From the NCBI GenBank assembly GCA_964290475.1, contig CAXYPO010000002.1, forward strand, positions 580,146-612,145: a DNA stretch of 32,000 nucleotides, read 5' to 3'. Every line of letters begins with the position of its first letter. The first letter of the stretch is position 1. Below, piece by piece: positions 1 through 10,992 of the stretch. A program made the translations under genes and the position numbers. Below the pieces are notes generated by a model. It saw only the letters and a program-made list of their open reading frames with translations, made no database searches and was not told the DNA's origin. Origin of the DNA: Enterobacter bugandensis (lineage in GTDB: Bacteria > Pseudomonadota > Gammaproteobacteria > Enterobacterales > Enterobacteriaceae).

Positions 1-175
1 AACGATCAGAAAACGGTTTACCGGGTGGCAAGGGAGCTGCGAAATGCCTGACGTTGTCCCGGGCTGCGATACAGAGTCTCATGGTCGCTCATGTAGGGAA
101 CCCCCCTTTTTTCAGGCGTAGCCGCGCGCGGCTAATCTGCATAAACTACGCTAAACCCGCCTGAAGTGAGGAATT

Positions 176-724
176 ATGACCAGCACCGCTCCTGAAATTA
201 TCCCCGTCTGCGACAACATCGAACTGCGCGCCGTGGCCGAAGACCACGCCGGAGAGCTGCATCGGCTGGTGGTGAAAAACCGCGCCTGGCTACAGAACTT
301 TCTCGACTGGCCGCAGTATGTGGGAACCGTTGAGGACAGCCTGAAGAACATCCAGAGCAACCGGATGCTGCACGAGCGCGGTTACGCCAAAATGTTTCTC
401 ATCTTTCGGGATAACACCATGGTCGGGGTGCTGTCGTTTAACTCCATTGAGCCGCTGAATAAAACCGGCTATATCGGCTACTGGCTGGATGAAGAGCAGC
501 AGGGGCAGGGGATCCTCTCCCGGGCGCTACAGGCCTTTATTCACTATTATGCCGAACGCCGGGAGATCCGCCGGTTTGTGATCAAATGCCGGGTGGATAA
601 CGCCGCCAGCAACCGGGTGGCGCTCAATAATGGCTTTACGCTTGAAGGCTGCCTGAAAGAGGCGGAGTTTCTGAACGGGCGCTATGACGATCAGAACATC
701 TACGCCCGCATCCTGGATCTATAG
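176..724 (+). CDS. rimL: Ribosomal-protein-serine acetyltransferase RimL (GNAT family)
   Basis: 182-aa ORF. Motifs such as [23 protein letters not shown] and [22 protein letters not shown] match recalled RimL. It lies next to ydcK/tehAB as in E. coli. Confidence 0.93.
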   Translation: MTSTAPEIIPVCDNIELRAVAEDHAGELHRLVVKNRAWLQNFLDWPQYVGTVEDSLKNIQSNRMLHERGYAKMFLIFRDNTMVGVLSFNSIEPLNKTGYIGYWLDEEQQGQGILSRALQAFIHYYAERREIRRFVIKCRVDNAASNRVALNNGFTLEGCLKEAEFLNGRYDDQNIYARILDL

Positions 725-1699
725 CGCCCCCAGCAGCGGGGTACGGATAATGCGCTGGGTACCGTTAATCACCTTCGCGCCGCGCAGGTGAATGGCCTCG
801 CCGTCCAGGGCCTCGATTACCGCATCGTCGGTGATATCAATATGATGCTCGATCAGCACTTCGCCGCTGATGCGCGCCCGGCCCTGGATCACCACTTTAT
901 CATCCACAAGAATGGGCCCGCCGCGCAGCCAGGCGTGGCCGCCAATCAGCACATGATGTTTGATAACGCAGTTGCCCTCCACAAGGGCATTTTCCGCCAC
1001 CTGGGAGCTGTAGCGCAGGGTGGGGATGGCATCCTCTTCCAGCCCGGCGCGCAGACGGGCGTTACCGTAGACTTTCGCGCAGTCGCACACCCAGACGTTG
1101 TTTAGTTCATTGCCTTCCAGCAGGGCATTGTCGAATACCTCGGCACGATGCTCCACAAAGGCAAATTTCACCATTGCGCGACCGTAGATCTGCGCCTGGT
1201 GCACCACCCGCGACTCGCTGACCGTGGCATCGCCGTAGATTTGCAGGATCTGCTCCCGGTCTGGGGTGAGCCCTTTCGCAGCAACGACCATGCTGTTGTG
1301 CAGAATGCGCGCATTGTTGAACAGCTGGCACTCCCCGCGTACCGCCGAGGCCTGCACCGTGACGTTGTCACTAATGCGCGCTCCGTGGCTTATCTCTGCG
1401 CTATCGATCCAGACGTTATCGCTAATTCGCGCGTGATGGCTGATAACGCAGGGGCCGGTGACCCGGGCATTGCCGGACACCTGCGCCCCGGCGAATACCA
1501 CGCTGTTCTCATCATAGATCCAGCAGTCGCCCTGTTGGCTCAGGGCTGACTCATCCTCCACCCAGCCGCCCCGGGTGCCGCTTGCCACATCGCTGAAATC
1601 CCGGCTGGCTATCAGCTGGCGGAGCATCACCGTCGATTTGCTATCGCCGTCCTGCCAGTGGTGCTGGCGCGTTTCGTCGCTGAGTCGATATTTGTTCAT
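719..1699 (-). CDS. ydcK: YdcK family protein (acetyltransferase-like left-handed beta-helix)
   Basis: Long minus ORF (719..1738). The likely start is the internal ATG at 1699 ([12 protein letters not shown]). Repeated hexapeptide-like motifs (GNARVTG, HARISDN, DNVTVQ) and synteny between rimL and tehA. Confidence 0.9.
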   Translation of the reverse strand: MNKYRLSDETRQHHWQDGDSKSTVMLRQLIASRDFSDVASGTRGGWVEDESALSQQGDCWIYDENSVVFAGAQVSGNARVTGPCVISHHARISDNVWIDSAEISHGARISDNVTVQASAVRGECQLFNNARILHNSMVVAAKGLTPDREQILQIYGDATVSESRVVHQAQIYGRAMVKFAFVEHRAEVFDNALLEGNELNNVWVCDCAKVYGNARLRAGLEEDAIPTLRYSSQVAENALVEGNCVIKHHVLIGGHAWLRGGPILVDDKVVIQGRARISGEVLIEHHIDITDDAVIEALDGEAIHLRGAKVINGTQRIIRTPLLGAL

Positions 1700-1821
1700 T
1701 TTGGTTCCCGCTGAAGATCCCTCCACTAAACGTAGCAAAATTTAGGTTGATCGAAAGGGTGGCATCTGCAAATGAAACCTCTTAAAATAGCATTTCAAAT
1801 ATAATTTATATTTTCAAAAAA

Positions 1822-2826
1822 ATGTATAAAACCAACAAATCCGAACAAGTTCTTAACCTGCCATCCGGCTATTACGGCATGGTGCTGGGAACCATTGGCA
1901 TGGGTTTCGCCTGGCGCTATGCCGCCACTCTCTGGCCCGTATCCCACTGGCCCGGCGATATTCTGGTGACGCTGGCGATGGTTATCTGGCTGCTGCTGAC
2001 GGTGGCCTTTATCACCCGGGCGGTGCGCTTCCCGCACAGCGTGCTGGCGGAGATGCGCCATCCGGTCATGAGCAGTTTCGTGAGTCTTTTTCCGGCCACC
2101 ACTATGCTGGTGTCGATAGGGTTTGTCCCCTGGTATCGCCCACTGGCGCTGGTGCTGTTCAGCATTGGGGTGGTGGTGCAGCTGAGCTATGCCGCCTGGC
2201 AAAGCGCCGGGCTCTGGCGCGGTAAACATCCTGAAGAGGCCACTACGCCGGGGTTGTACCTGCCGACAGTCGCTAACAATTTTATCAGCGCCATGGCCTG
2301 CGGGGCGCTCGGTTTCCACGATGCCGGCCTGCTCTTTCTGGGGGCGGGGGTCTTCTCCTGGCTGAGCCTCGAGCCGGTGATTTTGCAGCGTTTACGCAGC
2401 GCGGGAGAACTGCCCACGGCGTTACGCACCTCGCTCGGCATCCAGCTGGCTCCCGCGCTGGTGGCCTGCAGCGCCTGGCTGAGCGTGAACGGCGGCGAGG
2501 CTGATACCTTCGCCAAAATGCTCTTCGGCTACGGCCTGCTGCAACTGCTCTTTACCCTGCGCCTGATGCCCTGGTATCTGTCGCAGCCCTTTAACGCGTC
2601 GTTCTGGAGCTTTTCGTTCGGCGTGTCGGCGCTGGCAACCACCGGTCTCCATCTGGGGCAGAGCAGCGCTTCCGGGCTGTTCCACCTGATTGCTATCCCG
2701 CTGTTTATTTTTACCAATGCCATTATTGCGCTGTTACTGGCGCGTACCTTTATATTGCTGTTGCAGGGCAAGCTGTTAGTCCGCGCAGACAAAGCCACCC
2801 TTATGCAGGCTGAGGAACAAAAATGA
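1822..2826 (+). CDS. tehA: Tellurite resistance/dicarboxylate transporter TehA (SLAC1-like)
   Basis: 334-aa hydrophobic ORF beginning [34 protein letters not shown], typical of TehA. Its end overlaps tehB. Confidence 0.93.
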   Translation: MYKTNKSEQVLNLPSGYYGMVLGTIGMGFAWRYAATLWPVSHWPGDILVTLAMVIWLLLTVAFITRAVRFPHSVLAEMRHPVMSSFVSLFPATTMLVSIGFVPWYRPLALVLFSIGVVVQLSYAAWQSAGLWRGKHPEEATTPGLYLPTVANNFISAMACGALGFHDAGLLFLGAGVFSWLSLEPVILQRLRSAGELPTALRTSLGIQLAPALVACSAWLSVNGGEADTFAKMLFGYGLLQLLFTLRLMPWYLSQPFNASFWSFSFGVSALATTGLHLGQSSASGLFHLIAIPLFIFTNAIIALLLARTFILLLQGKLLVRADKATLMQAEEQK

Positions 2827-3416
2827 GAGTTGATGAGAACTACTTTACCGACAAATACGGCATGACCCGCACCCACTCCGAGGTGGTGAACGCGGCCGGT
2901 ATCGTTAAGCCGGGCAAAACCCTCGATCTGGGCTGCGGTAACGGGCGTAACAGTCTCTATCTGGCGGCAAACGGCTATGACGTCACCGCCTGGGATAAAA
3001 ATCCGGCCAGCATCGCGAATATCGAAAGTATTCAGGCCAAAGAGGGCATCACCAACCTGCAGACGGCGATCAAGGATCTGAACACCCTGAGCTTTGAGGG
3101 GGAGTACGATTTTATCCTCTCCACCGTGGTGCTGATGTTCCTGGAAGCGCAGACCATTCCGGGGCTAATCGCTAACATGCAGCGCTGCACCAAGGCGGGT
3201 GGCTATAACCTGATCGTGGCGGCGATGGATACCGAAGACTATCCGTGCACCGTCGGCTTCCCCTTTGCCTTTAAAACGGGCGAGCTGAAGGATTACTACG
3301 CCGGCTGGGAGCTGCTTAAGTACAACGAGGACGTCGGCGAGTTACACCGCACCGACGCCCAGGGGAACCGCATCAAGCTGCGTTTCGCCACCATGCTGGC
3401 GCGCAAGCCCGCTTAA
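2823..3416 (+). CDS. tehB: Tellurite resistance SAM-dependent methyltransferase TehB
   Basis: 197 aa with SAM-binding motif [27 protein letters not shown]. 4-nt ATGA overlap with tehA. Confidence 0.94.
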   Translation: MRVDENYFTDKYGMTRTHSEVVNAAGIVKPGKTLDLGCGNGRNSLYLAANGYDVTAWDKNPASIANIESIQAKEGITNLQTAIKDLNTLSFEGEYDFILSTVVLMFLEAQTIPGLIANMQRCTKAGGYNLIVAAMDTEDYPCTVGFPFAFKTGELKDYYAGWELLKYNEDVGELHRTDAQGNRIKLRFATMLARKPA

Positions 3417-4642
3417 CGGGCGGCCAGCAGGCAGATTTGCAGCGCGGTGTTGTAAGAGGCCTCGAACGACGACAGCGGTAAAAACTCAAACTTCGAGTGG
3501 AAGTTATGGGCGCCGGTGAAGAAGTTCGGGGTCAGTAGCCCTTTCGCCGAGAGGGCCGCGCCGTCGGTGCCGCCGCGCATCGGGGTCGGTTTAGGGGTGA
3601 TACCCAGGCTCTCCATCGCGGCAAACATCAGGTCAATGGCACGACGGTCTTTGCCAATGGCGTTGCTGATGTTGCTGTAGGTATCTTCGATGTGCCAGCT
3701 CACCTTCGCGGTGGGGTATTGCGCCGCGATTTTGTCGGCCACGTCGGCAATCTGCACTTTACGGGCGGCAAAGCTGTGGCGGCAAAAATCGCGAATGCTG
3801 GCCTTCAGCACCGCCTCGTTCTGCCCGGCCTGGATACCGTTAAACCAGATATAACCTTCGCGCCCTTCGGTGCATTCCGGCGTCTGCTGGCGATCGAAGT
3901 GGCTGATGTAATCGGTGGCCATCAGCAGGGGATTAACCAGCACCCCTTTGGCCGACATCGGGTGAGCGGTAACGCCGGTGAAGTGGATCTCCGCCGCGGC
4001 GGCGTTAAAGTTCTCATAAACGATTTCGCCCAGCTCGCAGCAATCAATAGTCCAGGCAAAATCAACGTCAAAGCGCTTTAGATCCAGCGCCTTTGCGCCG
4101 TTCAGGCCAATCTCCTCGTCCGGCACGAAGGCCACGACGATATCCCCGTGCTGATGCTCCGGGGTGAGGTTCTCCAGCAGCGTCATCACCACCGTCACCG
4201 CCGATTTATTATCGGCGCCCAGCACGCTGGTCCCGTCGCTGAAAATAATCTCTTCGTTGGGGTAGGCGAGTATTTCTGGATGTTCACTCACCCGCAGCCA
4301 GATCTCTTTTTCTTTATTCAGACAGAGATCATCACCGGTAAAAGTTAATATTTGTGGATGAATATCCGGTGATAATCCGACGTCGACCGTATCAATATGG
4401 GTAATAAAACCGATGCGCGGCGCACCCGGAACATTGCCTTTTTTTACCGCCGTTACGGTGGCAAATTCATCGATGATAATATCGCTCAGACCCAGGGAGC
4501 CCAGCTCTTTCGCCAGCTCGCGGGCCATCTCATGCTGGCCCGGCGTGGAGGGGAGGGTTTTTACTTTTGGATCGCTCTGGCTGGTAATGGCGAGATAGCG
4601 AAAAAAGCGTTGGGTTAATTGTCTGGATAGCGCTGAAGCCAT
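3413..4642 (-). CDS. Peptidase T-like M20 metallopeptidase (PepT paralogue)
   Basis: 409 aa with [40 protein letters not shown] and [11 protein letters not shown] motifs of the M20/PepT family. The sequence diverges clearly from canonical E. coli PepT. Confidence 0.88.
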   Translation of the reverse strand: MASALSRQLTQRFFRYLAITSQSDPKVKTLPSTPGQHEMARELAKELGSLGLSDIIIDEFATVTAVKKGNVPGAPRIGFITHIDTVDVGLSPDIHPQILTFTGDDLCLNKEKEIWLRVSEHPEILAYPNEEIIFSDGTSVLGADNKSAVTVVMTLLENLTPEHQHGDIVVAFVPDEEIGLNGAKALDLKRFDVDFAWTIDCCELGEIVYENFNAAAAEIHFTGVTAHPMSAKGVLVNPLLMATDYISHFDRQQTPECTEGREGYIWFNGIQAGQNEAVLKASIRDFCRHSFAARKVQIADVADKIAAQYPTAKVSWHIEDTYSNISNAIGKDRRAIDLMFAAMESLGITPKPTPMRGGTDGAALSAKGLLTPNFFTGAHNFHSKFEFLPLSSFEASYNTALQICLLAAR

Positions 4643-4752
4643 GGTGGATCCTTCTTTATTTGTCTTATCAGGTGTTTGCGTTGTCGCTTTAATGTTATTT
4701 ATGAAATGGCTGAATAATGATTAGCCGTCGAATTAAAAGACAGGAAAACGCG

Positions 4753-6345
4753 ATGAAAAGCAAGCTCACAACTTTAGCTCTGGCCATGGCCGCGCTGACG
4801 GTCAGTTCCACCGTTGCCGCCAAAACGCTGGTGTACTGTTCAGAAGGATCGCCCGAGAACTTTAACCCGCAGCTCTATACTTCTGGCACCAGCGTGGACG
4901 CCAGCGCCGTGCCGGTCTACAACCGCCTGGTGGATTTTAAGCCCGGTACCACCGAGCTGGTGCCGAGCCTCGCCGAAAGCTGGGAGGTGAGCGAAGATGG
5001 CAAGGTCTACACCTTCCACCTGCGTAAAGGGGTGAAGTTCCAGAGCAACAAGCTCTTTAAACCCACCCGCGACTTTAACGCCGACGATGTGATCTTCTCG
5101 TTTATGCGGCAAAAAGATGCAAAGCATCCGTACCACAACGTCTCTAACGGCAGCTACTCCAACTTCGAAAGCCTGGAGTTTGGCTCGTTGATCACCGCCA
5201 TCGACCGGGTGGACGACCACACCGTGCGCTTTACCCTGGCCCATCCGGAAGCGCCTTTTGTCGCCGACCTGGCCTGGTATTTCGCCTCGATTCTTTCGGC
5301 AGAATATGCCGACGCGATGTTAAAAGCGGGCACGCCAGAAAAGGTAGATATGGATCCTATCGGCACCGGCCCGTTTAAGCTGGCCCAGTATCAGAAGGAT
5401 TCACGCATCCTGTTTACCGCCTTCCCGGAGTATTGGCAGGGCAAAGCGAAGATCGACCGACTGGTCTTCAGCATCACCCCGGACGCCAGCGTTCGCTTTG
5501 CTAAGCTTGAGAAAAACGAGTGTCAGGTGATGCCGTTCCCCAATCCGGCCGATCTGCCGCGCATGAAGGCCAATAAAGATATTAACCTGATGAGCAAGGC
5601 GGGGCTGAATACCGGCTTCCTGGCCTTCAATACGCAAAAAGCGCCGCTGGATAACGTCAAAGTGCGCCAGGCGCTGGCGATGGCTATCAACAAGCCGGCG
5701 ATTATTGAGGCGGTCTTCCACGGCACCGGCACGGCCGCAAAAAACCTGCTGCCGCCCGGCGTCTGGAGCGCCGACAGCGAGCTGAAAGATTACGATTACG
5801 ACCCGGAAAAAGCCAAAGCGCTGCTGAAAGAGGCAGGCTTCGCCAACGGCATGACCATCGACCTGTGGGCGATGCCGGTCCAGCGCCCCTATAACCCCAA
5901 CGCCAAACGCATGGCTGAGATGATCCAGGCCGACTGGGCGAAAATTGGCGTCCAGACAAAGGTGGTAACCTACGAGTGGGGCGAATACCTCAAGCGCGTG
6001 AAGGGGGGCGAGCACCAGGCGGCGCTGATGGGCTGGACCACCGCCACCGGCGATCCGGATAACTTCTTTGGCCCGCTCTTTACCTGCACCTCTGCGAACG
6101 GCGGGTCGAACTCGGCGAAATGGTGTTATCAGCCGTTCGATAAACTAATCGCGGAAGCAAAATCGATAACCGATCGGGATAAACGCACGGCGCTTTATAA
6201 AGAGGCGCAGCAGATGATGCACGATCAAATGCCAGCGGTGATGATTGCCCACTCAACCATCTTTGAGCCGGTACGTAAATCGGTAACGGGTTACGAAATC
6301 GATCCTTTTGGTAAACATCTATTCTGGCAGGTGGATATTAAATAA
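4753..6345 (+). CDS. Periplasmic dipeptide/oligopeptide ABC transporter substrate-binding protein (DppA/SBP_bac_5 family)
   Basis: ORF 4717..6345; MKSKLTTLALAMAALTVSSTVAA signal peptide from the ATG at 4753. LVYCSEGSPENFNPQLYTSGTS is DppA-like. No permease or ATPase genes adjoin. Confidence 0.88.
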   Translation: MKSKLTTLALAMAALTVSSTVAAKTLVYCSEGSPENFNPQLYTSGTSVDASAVPVYNRLVDFKPGTTELVPSLAESWEVSEDGKVYTFHLRKGVKFQSNKLFKPTRDFNADDVIFSFMRQKDAKHPYHNVSNGSYSNFESLEFGSLITAIDRVDDHTVRFTLAHPEAPFVADLAWYFASILSAEYADAMLKAGTPEKVDMDPIGTGPFKLAQYQKDSRILFTAFPEYWQGKAKIDRLVFSITPDASVRFAKLEKNECQVMPFPNPADLPRMKANKDINLMSKAGLNTGFLAFNTQKAPLDNVKVRQALAMAINKPAIIEAVFHGTGTAAKNLLPPGVWSADSELKDYDYDPEKAKALLKEAGFANGMTIDLWAMPVQRPYNPNAKRMAEMIQADWAKIGVQTKVVTYEWGEYLKRVKGGEHQAALMGWTTATGDPDNFFGPLFTCTSANGGSNSAKWCYQPFDKLIAEAKSITDRDKRTALYKEAQQMMHDQMPAVMIAHSTIFEPVRKSVTGYEIDPFGKHLFWQVDIK

Positions 6346-6353
6346 CCTTTAAG

Positions 6354-6387
6354 CGCTGCCCGGATAATATTCGGGCAGCGTTTTTTT
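6354..6387 (+). terminator. Rho-independent terminator after the DppA-like gene
   Basis: CGCTGCCCG-gataatatt-CGGGCAGCG followed by TTTTTTT. Confidence 0.9.
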
Positions 6388-6485
6388 GATTTCTTTCGCA
6401 GCCCTCATTTTTTGTCACAACGTGCGGATATATCTTTTGCTATAACTTCATCTGCATATCTGCAATTCACAGGAAAATACCCATT

Positions 6486-7160
6486 ATGCGTACTAAAACT
6501 TTATTTAAAGTTGCTGCGCTCTCTGGCCTGCTGATGCTAGCTGGCTGCGCATCTAAAGTGGCCCAGCCAGATCAATATTCAGGCTTTTTAAAAGACTACT
6601 CCGGCTTACAGCAAACCACGTCGGCCTCGGGTAAACCGACACTGCGCTGGGTTGATCCCTCTTATGATGAATCCAAATACGACAGCATTCTCTGGACGCC
6701 GGTAACCTATTATCCCACGCCAAAACCTACCACCCAGTTGGGCCAGAAGGCGCTGAATGATATTCAGGCCTATACCGATAGCAAACTGAAAGCCGCCGTG
6801 GGCCAGCGTAAGCCCATCGTGACCACGCCGGGCAAACACAGCCTGATCTTCCGCGGCGCCATCACCGGCGTAAGCTCGCAGAAAGAGGGTTTACAGTTCT
6901 ATGAAGTGGTGCCCGTTGCGCTGGTGGTTGCAGGTACGCAAATGGCGACCGGCCATCGCACCATGGATACCCATCTCTTCTTCGAAGGCGAGTTGATTGA
7001 CGCCGCGACCAATAAGCCGGTTATTAAAGTGGTTCGTAAAGGTGAGGGTAAAGAGCTGAACAACGAGAACGCGCCTATGACTCTGGCGACCCTGAAGCAG
7101 GTTGTTGACGACATGGCGACGGACGCCACCATGTTTGATGTGACTAAAACCGCTAAATAA
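6486..7160 (+). CDS. DUF3313-type lipoprotein
   Basis: 224 aa; lipobox LMLAGC after a short signal peptide; FLKDYSGLQ...LRWVDPSYDESKYDSILWTPV is typical of DUF3313 proteins. Confidence 0.8.
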   Translation: MRTKTLFKVAALSGLLMLAGCASKVAQPDQYSGFLKDYSGLQQTTSASGKPTLRWVDPSYDESKYDSILWTPVTYYPTPKPTTQLGQKALNDIQAYTDSKLKAAVGQRKPIVTTPGKHSLIFRGAITGVSSQKEGLQFYEVVPVALVVAGTQMATGHRTMDTHLFFEGELIDAATNKPVIKVVRKGEGKELNNENAPMTLATLKQVVDDMATDATMFDVTKTAK

Positions 7161-7169
7161 GCCTCTGTT

Positions 7170-7197
7170 CCGGCCTGCCTTGCGCAGGCCGGACCTT
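7170..7197. terminator. Candidate intergenic terminator between convergent genes
   Basis: CCGGCCTG-ccttgcg-CAGGCCGG followed by ACCTTTTA, lying between convergent CDSs. Confidence 0.6.
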
Positions 7198-8097
7198 TTA
7201 TGCCAGCCGCGCCCGCCTGAACCAGGTCTCCGGCTTCGCGAACATCACCAGATTCCCCGTTAAGATCAGCAGCAGCCCCGCAATGGCGTTGGTATGCCAG
7301 ACATACCCTTCATACACCGTTGAGAACGACAGCGCCACCAGCGGGAAAAGCAGGGTGCTGTAAGCGGCCTTGCCCGCGCCAATGCGCCCCACCAGGGTAA
7401 AATAGGCGCCAAAGGCAATAACCGAGCCGAACAGAGCCAGATAGAGCAGGGCGCCCATATAGCTCACCGTCCACAGTGGCGTAAAGCTGTTCCCGCGGAC
7501 CAGGGCAATCGCCCCCATCACCAGGGTGCCGTACAGCATCGCCCAGGCGTTGGTGGTCATGGTCTCAAGGTCATTGCGCTGATGACGCAGGCTGATCATA
7601 TTCCCGAGCGAGAAGCCGTAGGTACCAAGAGCCGACAGGGCGATACCGGCGAGCAGCCCCGCGCTCCAGCCGCTGGCAATTAAATCGCTCCAGAAGAGGG
7701 TGATAATCCCCAGCAGCCCCAGCGCGGCCGCCAGATAAAAACGCGACGGCGGGCGCTGGCCAAAGAACAGAAAACTGTTCAGGGCGTTATAGAGCACCGC
7801 CATTGAGAAAATCACCGATTCCAGCCCGGTATTGATGTAGCCGGCGGCAGTGTAAAAACACCAGAAATTGAAACAGAAGACGCAGCAGCCCTGCATAAAA
7901 CAAAACAGATGATCCCGCGGGCGCATTTTTCGCAGGCGACCCAGGCACGTCAGCACCAGCATAATGGCGGCAGTTGCCACCGCAAAGCGCCAGAAAATGG
8001 AGACCGGCGCCGCCACCGGCCCCTGCTGTAAATAGATCGCAATCCAGGTCGTTCCCCAGATAACCACCACCAGCCCGTATAATAATGCGTTCATTGT
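7198..8097 (-). CDS. EamA/DMT-family transporter
   Basis: ORF 7198..8178; probable start MNALLYGLVVVIWGTTWIAIYLQQG at 8097. About ten hydrophobic segments, EamA-like architecture. Confidence 0.82.
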   Translation of the reverse strand, partial: TMNALLYGLVVVIWGTTWIAIYLQQGPVAAPVSIFWRFAVATAAIMLVLTCLGRLRKMRPRDHLFCFMQGCCVFCFNFWCFYTAAGYINTGLESVIFSMAVLYNALNSFLFFGQRPPSRFYLAAALGLLGIITLFWSDLIASGWSAGLLAGIALSALGTYGFSLGNMISLRHQRNDLETMTTNAWAMLYGTLVMGAIALVRGNSFTPLWTVSYMGALLYLALFGSVIAFGAYFTLVGRIGAGKAAYSTLLFPLVALSFSTVYEGYVWHTNAIAGLLLILTGNLVMFAKPETWFRRARLA

Positions 8098-8270
8098 TTC
8101 TCTCTTATTGCTTAGCAGGCGTACAGTATCGGGCCGCACGGCCGGGATGGCTTTCATCTGCTTGCGCTCTACTTGCAAATTCTTGCGCTTTTTTCCGGGC
8201 CCGTCGCGAACAGGGGTGGCACCGGCGAGAGGATCTTTTTAGAATGTTAATCATGGGTTAACGGAAGGAT

Positions 8271-9152
8271 GTGGGCGTTATGGCTGAGATGTACGGTGCC
8301 TTTGAAAATCTGCGCAGGCATAAGGCCGTGCTGCATAATGCGGTGGCGCTGAATTCGGGGATCCAGCTGGCGGCCTGGTCTAATAAACGCGACACCATCA
8401 CCCAGTATTGCGACCACCACACCCTGAGCCTGTACGTGGCCGACGGCTACGAGAGCTACCATAAAACCGCCGCCGGCTGGAAAAACGGCGGCGGCCCGGA
8501 TCGCTTCTGCCTGATGCCGAAAGAGAGCGAGTCGAGCTGGGATATCCGCGACGATCTCTCCTTTGTGCACCTCTACTGCACCGATGCCCATCTGCGCGAG
8601 GTGGGTGAGAAGATCTGGGATAAGAGCCCCTACGCCGTTAACCTGGACGAGAGCCTCTTCGGCGACGACCCGAAGATCACCGCGCTCTACCGCCACTTTA
8701 TCCTCGGCTGCGACTGGGCGCAGGCGGCAAACCAGCTGACGCTAAGCAGCGCCTCCACGCTGCTGTTGACCCATCTGATCCAGGACTACAGCAACGTCCA
8801 GTGGAAGCTACCTGCCGTCACCGGCGGGCTGTCACCCTTTACCCTGCGCAACGTGCTGGCGTATATCGAAGAGAACCTTTCTCAGCCGCTGACCCTGGCG
8901 GATCTCGCCGCCCAGGCAAGCCTGAGCGAATACCATTTTGCCCGCATGTTTCGCCAGTCCATGCAGCTGGCGCCGCACCAGTACGTTATGCAGCGGCGGA
9001 TGGAGCATGCCCGGGTGCTGGTGCAAACCACGCAGCGCCCGCTGACCGAAATTGCCCTGGCCTGCGGGTTTAGCTCGGCCAGCCACTTCAGTAATCGCTT
9101 TCGCAGCGTCTATGGCATCACCCCGAGCCAGCTACGCGCGGCGCGGACGTAA
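8271..9152 (+). CDS. AraC-family transcriptional regulator
   Basis: C-terminal HTH_18: LADLAAQASLSEYHFARMFRQSMQLAPHQYVMQRRMEHARVLVQTTQRPLTEIALACGFSSASHFSNRFRSVYGITPSQLR. The start could be GTG 8271 or ATG 8280. Confidence 0.9.
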   Translation: MGVMAEMYGAFENLRRHKAVLHNAVALNSGIQLAAWSNKRDTITQYCDHHTLSLYVADGYESYHKTAAGWKNGGGPDRFCLMPKESESSWDIRDDLSFVHLYCTDAHLREVGEKIWDKSPYAVNLDESLFGDDPKITALYRHFILGCDWAQAANQLTLSSASTLLLTHLIQDYSNVQWKLPAVTGGLSPFTLRNVLAYIEENLSQPLTLADLAAQASLSEYHFARMFRQSMQLAPHQYVMQRRMEHARVLVQTTQRPLTEIALACGFSSASHFSNRFRSVYGITPSQLRAART

Positions 9153-10295
9153 TACCCCGTAGCAGATCCCGCCCGCTACCAGCCCCCAGAACGCCGAACC
9201 AATGCCCGCCAGGGTCACCCCGCTGGCGGTGAATAAAAAGGTGACGATGGCAGCATCGCGTTCAGAGGCATTATTCAACGCCTGAGATAAACTGCCGCCG
9301 ATGGTGCCGAGCAGCGCCAGCCCGGCCAGGGTCTGGATCCAGCTCAGCGGCAGCGCCGCCATCAGCCCGACAATCGACCCGCCAAACACCCCCGCCAGCA
9401 GATAAAAAACCCCCGCAGCAGCGGCGGCCAGCCAGCGTTTATTTGCCTCCGGATGGGCGTCCGGGCTCTGGCAAATCGCGGCGGTAATGGCGGCAATGCA
9501 GATGGAGTAGACGCCGAAGGGCGAGAGCAGCAGCGCCATGCCCCCGGTGACGATAATGAGCGGCGAGACGGCAACGGGATAGCCGGAGGCCTTCATGGTG
9601 GCGAAGCCGGGCGCGTTCTGCGAGGCCATGGTGACCAGAAAAAAGGGCAACCCGATGCTGATTAAGGTGGAGAGCCGGAAGGTGGGGGCGATAAATTCCG
9701 GCATCACTACTGCAAGGGTAAGATTAGATGTGACAACGTCACCTTTAAGCACCGCTACTGCGCCGCCCACCAGCAGGGTGGCGACAATGGCGTAGCGCGG
9801 AGCCAGCGCTTTCGCAATCAGCCACGCCAGCAGCATACTGCCGCACAGCAGCAGATGCCCCTCCATATTGCTGAAGGCCTGAAGGCCAAAGCGCAGCAGC
9901 ACCCCGGCCAGCATGGCGGCCGCCAGGCTATGGGGGATTATCTGCATCAGGCGGGCAAAGAGGCCGGTGAGGCCGCAAAGTAAGATCAGGGCATTGGCGA
10001 AGATAAAAATCCCGATGGTCTCGGAGATGGTCACGCCCTGCAGGCTGGTGGCCAGCAGGGCCGCGCCGGGCGTTGACCAGGCGGTAAGCACCGGGGCCTT
10101 ATACCACCAGGAGAGCGCCAGGGTACTTATCCCCATTCCCAACCCGAGAGCAGTCATCCAGCCGGCAATCTGTGCGGGCGTGGCACCCGCCGCCGCCGCC
10201 GCCTGCCAGATAATCGCTGCCGAACTGGCGTAGCCGACCAGCACCGCCACGAAACCGGCCAAAAGGGTAGGAAAACTCAGAGATGGGGCGCGCAT
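9132..10295 (-). CDS. ydcO: Benzoate/H+ symporter BenE-like membrane protein (YdcO)
   Basis: ORF 9132..10364; probable start MRAPSLSFPTLLAGFVAVLVGYASSAAIIWQAAAAAGATPAQI at 10295. BenE family, divergent from sutR as in E. coli. Confidence 0.88.
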   Translation of the reverse strand: MRAPSLSFPTLLAGFVAVLVGYASSAAIIWQAAAAAGATPAQIAGWMTALGLGMGISTLALSWWYKAPVLTAWSTPGAALLATSLQGVTISETIGIFIFANALILLCGLTGLFARLMQIIPHSLAAAMLAGVLLRFGLQAFSNMEGHLLLCGSMLLAWLIAKALAPRYAIVATLLVGGAVAVLKGDVVTSNLTLAVVMPEFIAPTFRLSTLISIGLPFFLVTMASQNAPGFATMKASGYPVAVSPLIIVTGGMALLLSPFGVYSICIAAITAAICQSPDAHPEANKRWLAAAAAGVFYLLAGVFGGSIVGLMAALPLSWIQTLAGLALLGTIGGSLSQALNNASERDAAIVTFLFTASGVTLAGIGSAFWGLVAGGICYGVLRPRRA

Positions 10296-10384
10296 ACAAA
10301 CTCCTTGTGCGTTATAGCGTCCGCAAAAGGTATCACTGTGCGCTATAGCATACAAGTGGTACACTGCGCCCCTCGGGAGGATTT

Positions 10385-10912
10385 ATGGACATCACACAAC
10401 ATCTTGCCAGCACATTAAAAACACTGCGCCAGGCGCGGGGCTGGAGCCTGTCAAAACTGGCGGAAGAGACGGGCGTCTCCAAGGCGATGCTCGGCCAGGT
10501 GGAGCGTAACGAATCCAGCCCCACCGTCTCCACGCTGTGGAAAATAGCCACCGGACTGAACGTGCCGTTCTCAGCTTTTATCAGCCCACAGGCCGAGCCG
10601 CAGCCGGTGTTTGATCCCCAGCAGCAGGCAATGGTCATCAAACCGCTGTTCCCCTGGGATGACGAGCTGAAATACGATCACTTCTCTATAACCCTTGCGC
10701 CCGGCGCCTGTAGCGAATCCACGCCCCACGAGGCGGGCGTTATTGAGCATGTGGTGGTGATCAGCGGCGAGCTGGAGATGCAGATTGAGGGCGTCTGGCG
10801 CACCATTGGGCCGGATACCGGGGTGCGTTTTGCCGGAGATAAACCCCACGCCTATCGCAATAGCAGCGAACAGCGGGTGCACTTTCACTCACTTATCCAT
10901 TATCCCCGCTAA
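10385..10912 (+). CDS. sutR: XRE/cupin transcriptional regulator SutR (YdcN)
   Basis: 175 aa; N-terminal HTH (LRQARGWSLSKLAEETGVSKAMLGQVERNESSPTVSTLWKIATGL) plus C-terminal cupin. Synteny with ydcO and rlhA. Confidence 0.9.
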   Translation: MDITQHLASTLKTLRQARGWSLSKLAEETGVSKAMLGQVERNESSPTVSTLWKIATGLNVPFSAFISPQAEPQPVFDPQQQAMVIKPLFPWDDELKYDHFSITLAPGACSESTPHEAGVIEHVVVISGELEMQIEGVWRTIGPDTGVRFAGDKPHAYRNSSEQRVHFHSLIHYPR

Positions 10913-10992
10913 AGCCGCGCAAAACGATTCCGTTGACGCATACTTCTGTCTACAATAGCCGCCATTTTGACCATAACGGATAACGACGAAGT

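Noticed and set aside
1-51. In-frame NDQKTVYRVARELRNA* at the left edge
   Set aside because: It may be the 3' end of an upstream gene, but 16 codons are insufficient to identify or confirm it.
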